NCBI GenBank assembly: GCA_963674595.2
Contig: CAXXFV010000036.1
Location: forward strand, 1-64,000
From: a bacterium
GTDB taxonomy: Bacteria > Zhuqueibacterota > Zhuqueibacteria > Residuimicrobiales > Krinioviventaceae
Reading direction: 5' to 3'
Length of the DNA stretch: 64,000 bases
This document shows positions 10,688-18,695 of the stretch, in pieces. Position 1 is the first letter of the stretch. The number at the start of each line of letters is the position of its first letter. The notes beneath the pieces were generated by a model that was not told the DNA's origin, searched no databases, and saw nothing but the letters and a program-made list of their open reading frames with translations. Position numbers and translations under genes: made by a program.

Positions 10688-11341
10688 ATGATACCGCTGA
10701 AGGACGATAATCCCAACCGAACATTTCCGTTTATTACTTATTTACTAATAATAATTAATGTTGCGGTCTTTATATATCAATTGTTTATGCCATCAGAATC
10801 GGCACAGCACTTTATTTATGTGTATGGGGCTGTTCCTCAACTTTTAAGCAAGGGAGCCAATCTCTATTCTCCGTTTACATCCATGTTTTTGCATGGAGGT
10901 ATTTTGCATCTGGCAGGCAATATGCTTTACCTGTGGATATTTGGTGATAATGTTGAATACCTGTGTGGTCATTTTCGCTTTCTGTTGTTTTATTTGCTCT
11001 GTGGATTTATTGCTTTTTTGAGTCATTATATTTTGGAACCATTTTCTCCGGTTCCTATGGTTGGTGCAAGCGGCGCAATTTCCGGAGTTTTAGGGGCTTA
11101 TGCCCTGAGATTTTACCGGGCAAAGGTCCTGATACTTGTTCCCATTTTTCTGTGGATATGGCGATTTTTTAAAATTCCGGCAGGTTTTGTTTTGGGATTC
11201 TGGTTTTTCTGGCAAATTTTTAACGGACTGTTTTTTGTTCACAGCAGTCAGGTTGCCTGGTTTGCACATATCGGAGGTTTTTTGGCAGGTTTTATATTAA
11301 TAAAAAAATTTGAAAGGAAAAATTATAAAGTGTATTTTTAA
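10688..11341 (+). CDS. Rhomboid intramembrane serine protease
   Basis: FLHGGILHLAGNM, GASGAISG and AHIGG motifs with multiple TM helices. Confidence 0.93.
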   Translation: MIPLKDDNPNRTFPFITYLLIIINVAVFIYQLFMPSESAQHFIYVYGAVPQLLSKGANLYSPFTSMFLHGGILHLAGNMLYLWIFGDNVEYLCGHFRFLLFYLLCGFIAFLSHYILEPFSPVPMVGASGAISGVLGAYALRFYRAKVLILVPIFLWIWRFFKIPAGFVLGFWFFWQIFNGLFFVHSSQVAWFAHIGGFLAGFILIKKFERKNYKVYF

Positions 11342-11342
11342 G

Positions 11343-11358
11343 GTGAACAAGTGTTTAC
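11343..11358. promoter_or_regulatory. Putative LexA operator (SOS box) 1
   Basis: Imperfect palindrome GTGAAC-AAGT-GTTTAC just upstream of the lexA -35 element. Confidence 0.65.
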
Positions 11359-11365
11359 TTTTTGC

Positions 11366-11394
11366 TTGACATTTACTCTGTTTTTATGTATATT
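11366..11394 (+). promoter_or_regulatory. sigma70 promoter of lexA
   Basis: TTGACA (11366-11371), 17 bp spacer, TATATT (11389-11394). Confidence 0.75.
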
Positions 11395-11397
11395 CAG

Positions 11398-11413
11398 GTA
11401 AACGTATGTTTAA
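11398..11413. promoter_or_regulatory. Putative LexA operator (SOS box) 2
   Basis: GTAAAC-GTAT-GTTTAA over the predicted start site, with an extra GTTTAC half-site at 11415-11420. Confidence 0.65.
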
Positions 11414-11437
11414 TGTTTACCCGAATAAAAGTTTGTG

Positions 11438-12043
11438 ATGCTGACTGAAAAACAAAATAAAGTACTTGAAGCAATTAAAGAATTTCAGGCCTTAAACGGA
11501 CTCTCTCCGACGGTCAGAGAATTGGCAGATCATTTTGGTCAATCTTCGACAGCCGGCATTCACAAAATATTAAATATCCTCAAAACCAAAGGTTATCTTT
11601 ATAAAGACGGTCAGGGCAAGTCACGGTCACTTCGACTGAAACATTACGCCGACAAAAATATAAACACCTATCCGGTTTTAGGCCAGGTTGTTGCCGGGCA
11701 TCCGAGACTGGCTGTTGAAGAAAAAGAAGGTGATTTTGTTCTTGATTCCGAGTGGGTGGGACAGGAGGATGTCTTTATCCTGCGTGTGGATGGCCATAGT
11801 ATGGTTGATGCGGATATTCACGATAATGATTTGATCGTTGTTCAGTATACTCAGGAATGCCGGAACGGTGATATCGTTATTGCCTTGCTGGAAAATGAGG
11901 CGACAGTAAAGCGTTTTTTTAAGGAAAAAAATCGTATTCGATTGCAGCCTGAAAATTCAAACATGCAGCCGATTTATATTAATATAAATGATCCTTCATT
12001 TCGTATAATAGGCAAAGTAAAAGGTTTACTCCGTAAATTTTAG
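11438..12043 (+). CDS. lexA: SOS-response repressor LexA
   Basis: LTEKQ...PTVRELA winged HTH, Ala-Gly cleavage site (GQVVAG), catalytic Ser (GHSM) and Lys (ATVKRF). Confidence 0.95.
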   Translation: MLTEKQNKVLEAIKEFQALNGLSPTVRELADHFGQSSTAGIHKILNILKTKGYLYKDGQGKSRSLRLKHYADKNINTYPVLGQVVAGHPRLAVEEKEGDFVLDSEWVGQEDVFILRVDGHSMVDADIHDNDLIVVQYTQECRNGDIVIALLENEATVKRFFKEKNRIRLQPENSNMQPIYININDPSFRIIGKVKGLLRKF

Positions 12044-12064
12044 CATGTATGGAGCGTTACGATA

Positions 12065-12472
12065 ATGAGCGCTGATACAAAAAAGAATAGAGTCAAGAAT
12101 CCGGAAACAAAATCCGGTTCTAAAATAAATGAAAATCCTGATGATATTTTTGCACAAAACATACAGGATATCGAAAAAGTGTTGAGTGCGTTATTTCAGC
12201 ACTATCAAACCCGTTATGATAATGTTGAACGCTTTTTACAAAAAAACGAACCAAATATATATAAAGAAATTGAACGGGTTTTTCATATAGTGGATTGTGA
12301 CATTTATAACAAATTTGCCGAAGGTTCACTTTTACCTGAAGAATTGGAAGAATGGAAAAAGTCCATTTCCCATTTAAAGAAATTATTTATTACCGGTATT
12401 CAAAAGTTTACATTTAAACAATTTGGTAAAATGTTAGATATAGATAGTTTATCTCTCGTTCAGGCAGTATAA
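12065..12472 (+). CDS. Hypothetical protein in the lexA operon
   Basis: 135-aa ORF 21 bp after lexA with a GGAG RBS. Confidence 0.7.
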   Translation: MSADTKKNRVKNPETKSGSKINENPDDIFAQNIQDIEKVLSALFQHYQTRYDNVERFLQKNEPNIYKEIERVFHIVDCDIYNKFAEGSLLPEELEEWKKSISHLKKLFITGIQKFTFKQFGKMLDIDSLSLVQAV

Positions 12473-12503
12473 TCTGCTTTGTTATTCTTTTTGGAGGTTT
12501 AAA

Positions 12504-12749
12504 ATGCAGCACAGAAAATTGCCCGATTGGAATTCATATTGGGCCAAATATTCCAATGTTAGTTTGCTTGAAAATAAATCAAGCAATTTGGATGAAACAT
12601 TACAGGAAATTGAGAATGAATTTCAGGTTAAGCTTTTATCCGGGGACCATCTTTTAATTATTTCTGCTCTTGAAGATCGTATTGAAGAGTTGACAAATCA
12701 ACTTTCGAATTTGAATTCCGGTATTCAGGCTGATTTGTTTGCAAAATAA
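12504..12749 (+). CDS. Small hypothetical protein with a C-terminal QADLF clamp-binding-like motif
   Basis: GGAGGT RBS, 81 aa, coiled-coil-like segment, ends QADLFAK, followed by a terminator. Confidence 0.75.
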   Translation: MQHRKLPDWNSYWAKYSNVSLLENKSSNLDETLQEIENEFQVKLLSGDHLLIISALEDRIEELTNQLSNLNSGIQADLFAK

Positions 12750-12761
12750 CTTGACTATATT

Positions 12762-12797
12762 AAAAAGCCCGGATTTTTTAAAAAATTCGGGCTTTTA
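12762..12797. terminator. Intrinsic terminator closing the lexA operon
   Basis: AAAAAGCCCGGATTTTTT / AAAAAATTCGGGCTTTT inverted repeat. Confidence 0.8.
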
Positions 12798-12882
12798 ATC
12801 CTGCCTTTTCTCATCAAAATAAAATCAAATTAACGGTTTTTTAACTGAAAATTATTTAATTACTATTTTTTTAAAAAACTAC

Positions 12883-12911
12883 TTGACTTGTTATCATCCT
12901 GCCTTTATATT
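12883..12911 (+). promoter_or_regulatory. Putative sigma70 promoter
   Basis: TTGACT-17 bp-TATATT. Confidence 0.55.
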
Positions 12912-13129
12912 AGTTATAAATACACAAGAGATGAATGGGGTTCAATTTTGGTAATGATAAAAAAGTACGTATATAATTCCCATATATCTCTTTTAGTTAT
13001 TAATTTATAGTTATTAAGTATGATTATTATTTTTAAAATTACTTCTTTGTCTTACAAATGGGGGATAAGGAACGTGCAATAGTTGTACGTTACCAGTCTC
13101 CCTTTATTTTCGAAATAAAGGAGGCTATT

Positions 13130-13675
13130 TTGACAAAGATTATTACGCATCCAATTTTTAAAGATTTAAAAGTTAAAAAGTTAAATTTTTATAATTACCT
13201 GGGGAACACAATAATATCAGATTTGCCTAAAAAAACAAACAAAGTAAAAGACCCTGTGTCGTCCTTTTCTGCTAATTCAAAAGAAGGCGTATTATACGGT
13301 AAAATGATTATGGCAGATGCGTTAACCAACACATTTGACTCTGTGAATCTGAACAAGAATCCTATTCCACTTTTTGGTCTTATAGTTGCGGATTTTTGTC
13401 AGGTTCCAATGATCGAAGAAGTCGATCTGAGTTCATTTACCGGGCAAATAAATGACAAGATAATAATTAAAATTCGCAATGATGTTCATTTAAATTTTCT
13501 TAAAATTCATATTTTCAGCACAACCGGATTAAAAATTGAGGAAGGAAAGGCTGCCAGATTATCATCCGGACGCCGGGGGTGGGTTTATAAAATAAAAAAG
13601 CATGTAGAAACCGGGACAGATATACGCATTAGTATCTCCACAGAAGAAGGCTCGAAGGTTATAGAAACACATTAA
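13130..13675 (+). CDS. Hypothetical protein with a beta-rich C-terminal domain
   Basis: AAGGAGG RBS precedes an in-frame TTG at 13130 (ORF track start 13058). Confidence 0.6.
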   Translation: MTKIITHPIFKDLKVKKLNFYNYLGNTIISDLPKKTNKVKDPVSSFSANSKEGVLYGKMIMADALTNTFDSVNLNKNPIPLFGLIVADFCQVPMIEEVDLSSFTGQINDKIIIKIRNDVHLNFLKIHIFSTTGLKIEEGKAARLSSGRRGWVYKIKKHVETGTDIRISISTEEGSKVIETH

Positions 13676-13823
13676 AAATTGTTAAATTGATAACAGTCAG
13701 CAGCAATTTAAACAAATAATACCTGCTAAAATTTTAAAATGGAACAGGCATGTTCTTGCCGTGACTATTTAACTTGTTGTCCAAAAGATAAATTTATTAT
13801 TTAACCAAAATAAGGAATTTGTT

Positions 13824-14183
13824 ATGTTGGAATTAACATGGATAAAATGTCAGGAGAATGTATGGTGTGAACTCGCACTTATTGATCTGACTCATTACTA
13901 TTTTGATGATTTATGGGGTATTTATATTTTATGGCATGGTGGGGACGGACATGCTGTTTTACATGTCGGTCAGGGTTTTATTCGTGATGAGTTGGCACAA
14001 CAAAGAGAAAATGAGGTTATACAAAGATTTAATGATCTGACTTTGTATGTTACATTTGCTTCGGTTGAAGAAAAGTACCGTAATGGTGTTGAACGGTTCC
14101 TTGCTGATGCATTATGTCCTATTTGCAGTAAATTTTATCCGAATGCTCTGCCGGTAGAAGTCAATTTGCCGGGACCGGGTTGA
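13824..14183 (+). CDS. Small GIY-YIG-like protein (degenerate)
   Basis: AAGGA RBS; GIYILW...VLHVGQG..IRDEL...VERFL pattern. Confidence 0.55.
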   Translation: MLELTWIKCQENVWCELALIDLTHYYFDDLWGIYILWHGGDGHAVLHVGQGFIRDELAQQRENEVIQRFNDLTLYVTFASVEEKYRNGVERFLADALCPICSKFYPNALPVEVNLPGPG

Positions 14184-14209
14184 GTCAAGTTTATCAAAAA
14201 AATTTACTC

Positions 14210-14238
14210 TTGACATTTTAATGAAAAATATGTATAAT
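14210..14238 (+). promoter_or_regulatory. Consensus sigma70 promoter of tRNA-Ala
   Basis: TTGACA-17 bp-TATAAT, perfect consensus. Confidence 0.85.
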
Positions 14239-14252
14239 AACATTCTCAAATC

Positions 14253-14325
<73 letters not shown>

Positions 14326-14333
14326 CAAAAATC

Positions 14334-14372
14334 AGGCTTTAATCATTCATTTGGTTAAAGCCTTGTTTATTT
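14334..14372 (+). terminator. Terminator-like hairpin after tRNA-Ala
   Basis: AGGCTTTAATCA...TGGTTAAAGCCT followed by TGTTTATTT. Confidence 0.65.
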
Positions 14373-14466
14373 AATGACAATCAGTCAAATAAACTTTTCC
14401 TGTCTGTCATGTTTCTGCTTCGTTATCGATCGGATTTGAATAATTTTCATCCTATATAAAGATAAT

Positions 14467-17400
14467 ATGACGTCCTCTTTTACACATCTACATGTTCATT
14501 CTAATTATTCATTGTGCCGGGGAGGCAATACGATTGATTCATTGTGCCGGCGTGCCGCCGAATTTGGCATGAAAAGTTTGGCACTTACCGATACCAATGG
14601 ATTATATGGTCTCAAATGGTTTATCAATACAGCCAAAAGTTATAAACTGGATCCCATTATCGGTGTTTATCTGCAAACGGAAAAATATGACTGTATTATG
14701 TTGGCGAAAAATATTAAAGGATACCACTATCTGTCCGGCGCAGTAACCCGCCTGCACTCCTCAGAATCAGATTTTGAACAATATTTATCGAGTTATCATG
14801 ATGTCATCATTATCACAAACAATTCATATTTATTAAACTATTTTACTGAAAACAATCTAAATCGTGATATTTTTGTTGAGCTTGTATCTTTTCAAAATAG
14901 TCGTTCTTTAATAAAATATGCAAAGGAAAATAATTTTCCGGTTGTGGCCACAAATTCTGTCTACTTTTTAAATCCGGAAGATTGGGAAACCCACCAGCTT
15001 TTACGTGCCATTGATTTAAATACATCCCAGAGTTCCTTGCCCGAGGATCAAATTGTATCCAAAGAGGCCTATTTAAAATCATGTAATCAAATGTGGGACC
15101 TGTTTTCACATGTTTCTGAGGCTGTTGAAAATACACAGAAAATAGCTGACCAGTGTCGATTTAATCTCGATTTTAAGAATTTTATTTTTACCTCAATTCG
15201 CGGTGAAAAAGGAGAAACTGCTTTTGAACTGCTTGAAGAAAGGGTGAAATATGGAATTATCTGGCGTTACGGAAACATGACCGGGGCCATCAAAAAACGA
15301 TATGATTATGAAATGGAGATTATCCGGCAGAAAAACTTTGCCCCCTATTTTCTGGTCGTGCAGGATATTGTTGAACAGGCGCCGCGAACCTGCGGCCGTG
15401 GATCAGCCGCTGCCAGTTTGGTTAGTTATTGTCTTGGGATTACTCATGTTGATCCGATTAAATATGACCTGTTTTTTGATCGGTTTTTGAATCCCGGCAG
15501 AACAGACCCGCCTGATATCGATGTCGATTTTCCATGGGACGAGCGTGACCAGATCCTTGATTATATTTTTACAAAATACGGAATCGAATGTACGGCCATG
15601 ATTTCCAATCACAATAGTTTCAAAGCGCGTTCAGCCGTTCGTGAAATTGCCAAAGTTTATGGTATTCCGGAAAATGAAATTAGTTCGGTCACCAAAAAAC
15701 TGGGATTTTTTTGGCAGCCGGATAATATCTGGGAAATTACACAATCACATCCGGTTTACAAAAATACATTTTTAGACCAACCCTGGCCGGAAATTATTGC
15801 TCTGGCTGAAAAAATCAGAGGTTTTCCACGTCATTTATCCATTCATTGCGGCGGCGTTATCATTGCACCTGACGGCATCGAACGTTATGTGCCGACTCAG
15901 CCGGCAAAAAAAATATTACGTTCACTGCAAAAAGACAGCCTTGTGGATATACCCCAGGTCCTGTATGGTGAAAATAAAATCAACGTCATTCAATGGGAAA
16001 AGGACCAGGCCGAGGAGATGGGACTGATAAAGCTGGACATTCTCGGCAATCGTTCTCTGGCTGTTATCCGTGATGCTTTACAGTCCATTTCGGATAACTA
16101 TAATGTAAAAATAGACTATGCCCAATGGAATCCATTGAATGATGCCAAAACTCTTTCTATGCTGGCGCAGGGTGACACAATTGGTGTCTTTTATGTGGAA
16201 TCTCCGGCCATGCGTTTACTGCAAAAGAAAACCGGACAAGGTGATTTTGAGCATTTGGTGATTCACAGTTCAATTATCCGGCCTGCCGCCAATGAGTATA
16301 TCAATGAGTATATACGGCGACTCAAAGGAGGGGCTTATGATCCGCTTCATCCTCTTTTACACAATATTCTGGCAGAAACATACGGTATCATGGTTTATCA
16401 GGAAGATGTTTCCAAAGTCGTCATGGCTTTAGCAGATTTTTCCGCTGCCGAAGCGGATGACTTGCGTAAAGTGATTTCGAAAAAACATAAAGCAAAAAAG
16501 ATCCTTGATTATAAAAACAAGTTCTTTCATGGCTGCAAAGTAAAACACATTCCTGACGATACCATTCAGAAAATATGGAACATGATTATGAGTTTTTCCG
16601 GATACAGTTTTTGTAAACCGCATTCGGCTTCTTATGCGCTTGTTTCTTTCAAGTCCGCCTTTCTCAGAGCTCATTATCCGACTGAATTCCTGGCGTCTGT
16701 TATTTCCAACCAGGGCGGTTATTATTCAACTTTTGCCTATATTTCCGAGGCCCGGCGTATGGGTATTTCCGTTTTGATGCCGGATATTAATAAAAGCGCT
16801 TTTTATTACACCGGGTATCAAAATGAAATACGTGTCGGTTTTATGCAGTTAAAAGGCATTTCTTCAAAAACTATTTATGCTGTTTTAAATGAACGTAAAA
16901 AAAATGGTGTTTTTACATCTTTTGCAAATTTTTTGTCCCGTGTCACGATTCCTGTAGTTGATTTTACTATATTGATTAAAGCAGGTTGTTTTGATGAGCT
17001 GGAACCGGAAAAATCCAGGCCTGAACTCATCTGGCAGGTCCATATTCATCATGCCAGAAAGAAAACAGTGCAAAAGCAAGCATCTTTATTTGAAGTAGAT
17101 GCAGAACCCATGTCCCTGCCAAAACCGCAGAATTATGAGGATAAAATAATATGGCAGCATGAAATTGATACGCTCGGTTTTTTGTTATCAAGACATCCGT
17201 TGGATTTATATAGAGAAAAGCTGAAAAATGTTTCCTATGTTTCAGGCCAAGATTTACATAAATATATAAATAAAAAAGTTAAGACAATTGGTTGGCTGAT
17301 TACCCGTAAAACAACCAGTACCAAAAAGTCTCAACTCATGGAATTTATCAGTTTTGAAGATACAACAGCAATTTATGAAACTGTTTTTTTCCCAAAAACC

Positions 17401-17514
17401 TATAAAAGATTTGTTTATCTGTTGACACGTTCCAGGCCATATCTGTTATCCGGTATTGTTCATGAGCAGCATGGTGCAATAACTTTGCACGTTGAGCGTG
17501 TTGATTTGGTTTGA
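14467..17514 (+). CDS. dnaE2: DNA polymerase III alpha-family polymerase, error-prone DnaE2 type
   Basis: PHP domain HLHVHS, CGRGSAA.SLV.Y.LGIT, PPDIDVDF, KLDILG and GYSFCKPHSASY. At 1015 aa it ends after the OB fold, without the tau-binding C-terminal domain. Confidence 0.85.
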   Translation: MTSSFTHLHVHSNYSLCRGGNTIDSLCRRAAEFGMKSLALTDTNGLYGLKWFINTAKSYKLDPIIGVYLQTEKYDCIMLAKNIKGYHYLSGAVTRLHSSESDFEQYLSSYHDVIIITNNSYLLNYFTENNLNRDIFVELVSFQNSRSLIKYAKENNFPVVATNSVYFLNPEDWETHQLLRAIDLNTSQSSLPEDQIVSKEAYLKSCNQMWDLFSHVSEAVENTQKIADQCRFNLDFKNFIFTSIRGEKGETAFELLEERVKYGIIWRYGNMTGAIKKRYDYEMEIIRQKNFAPYFLVVQDIVEQAPRTCGRGSAAASLVSYCLGITHVDPIKYDLFFDRFLNPGRTDPPDIDVDFPWDERDQILDYIFTKYGIECTAMISNHNSFKARSAVREIAKVYGIPENEISSVTKKLGFFWQPDNIWEITQSHPVYKNTFLDQPWPEIIALAEKIRGFPRHLSIHCGGVIIAPDGIERYVPTQPAKKILRSLQKDSLVDIPQVLYGENKINVIQWEKDQAEEMGLIKLDILGNRSLAVIRDALQSISDNYNVKIDYAQWNPLNDAKTLSMLAQGDTIGVFYVESPAMRLLQKKTGQGDFEHLVIHSSIIRPAANEYINEYIRRLKGGAYDPLHPLLHNILAETYGIMVYQEDVSKVVMALADFSAAEADDLRKVISKKHKAKKILDYKNKFFHGCKVKHIPDDTIQKIWNMIMSFSGYSFCKPHSASYALVSFKSAFLRAHYPTEFLASVISNQGGYYSTFAYISEARRMGISVLMPDINKSAFYYTGYQNEIRVGFMQLKGISSKTIYAVLNERKKNGVFTSFANFLSRVTIPVVDFTILIKAGCFDELEPEKSRPELIWQVHIHHARKKTVQKQASLFEVDAEPMSLPKPQNYEDKIIWQHEIDTLGFLLSRHPLDLYREKLKNVSYVSGQDLHKYINKKVKTIGWLITRKTTSTKKSQLMEFISFEDTTAIYETVFFPKTYKRFVYLLTRSRPYLLSGIVHEQHGAITLHVERVDLV

Positions 17515-17527
17515 CAGGAAAAATACC

Positions 17528-17556
17528 TTGAGAAATTAATCCATTTTTAGTATAAT
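17528..17556 (+). promoter_or_regulatory. Putative sigma70 promoter of add
   Basis: TTGAGA-17 bp-TATAAT. Confidence 0.6.
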
Positions 17557-17619
17557 TTGATTATGTATCAGTTACTATTCCGATTTTAATTTTAATGAAC
17601 TGATTTTGGAGAATGTGTT

Positions 17620-18648
17620 TTGAATGAAAAACTAGAGTTCATAAGGTCAATGCCTAAAGTAGAACTCCATTTGCATTTGGAAGGCTCCATTCAACCCAAA
17701 ACAGCATTGTCGTTTATTAAACGAAACAATAAAAAAAACGTCGATTCTGTTGAGGACATCCGTTCGGTTTACAAATTTGATGATCTCGGAGAATTCGTTA
17801 AAAGCATGCGGAAAGTAACCGATAATGTAAAAACACTGGACGATTTGGCGCTGGTAACAACCGAACTTTTAACAAGTTTAGCCGGCCAGAATGTTCGATA
17901 TGTTGAGTTTGATTGTGCTGTTCAAAAATACATGAATCTTGGATTAAAGCTTGATGATGTAATTGAAACTATATATCAGGCCAGTGAAAAAGTAAATGCA
18001 AAATTCCCGATTCAATCACGAATGCTGGTAAATCTGCAGCGTCATCATGAAGTTGACAATGCTGTAAAACTTGTAGAGGATTTGCATGACTTGCACCATC
18101 CTTATGTTGTGGGAATCGGTTTATCCGGAGATGAAAGCAAATATCCTCAAGAGATGTTTGCCCGTGCATTTAATTTATCCATAAACGGCTCTTTACACCG
18201 CACCGTACATGCAGGCGAGGGAAGCGGACCAAAGAGTGTTTGGAATGCCATCAAACTTTTACACGCTGAACGTATCGATCACGGCACCCGTTCTATTGAA
18301 GATGATAAATTGATGGATTATCTGGTTGAACAGCAAATTCCTTTGACACAATGCATCAGCAGTAATGTCAAGCTTCATATTGTGGAAAATTATGAACAAC
18401 ATCCCTTTCGTCTGTTATATGACAAGGGTGTCAAGGTTACGCTGAACACTGACGATCCGCAGGTTTTTGGCGTTTCGATAACGGATGAGTTTGTTAAAGC
18501 GGCCGAATTGTTTAATCTGGAGTATAATGATCTCAGACAGATTGTTTTAAACAGTGTTCACGCATCCTTTTTAAATGAAGATGAAAAAAACAATTTGGAG
18601 CAGAGTATAAAAAACGAGTTTGCTGCCTTGCTGCAATCCAAAATTTAA
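17620..18648 (+). CDS. add: Adenosine/adenine deaminase
   Basis: PKVELHLHLEGS, HAGE, ERIDHG and NTDDP motifs. Confidence 0.92.
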   Translation: MNEKLEFIRSMPKVELHLHLEGSIQPKTALSFIKRNNKKNVDSVEDIRSVYKFDDLGEFVKSMRKVTDNVKTLDDLALVTTELLTSLAGQNVRYVEFDCAVQKYMNLGLKLDDVIETIYQASEKVNAKFPIQSRMLVNLQRHHEVDNAVKLVEDLHDLHHPYVVGIGLSGDESKYPQEMFARAFNLSINGSLHRTVHAGEGSGPKSVWNAIKLLHAERIDHGTRSIEDDKLMDYLVEQQIPLTQCISSNVKLHIVENYEQHPFRLLYDKGVKVTLNTDDPQVFGVSITDEFVKAAELFNLEYNDLRQIVLNSVHASFLNEDEKNNLEQSIKNEFAALLQSKI

Positions 18649-18695
18649 CTCCCCCTGATTCAAATAATAAACAAGTTTTTCGGAGCAGATTTTTT

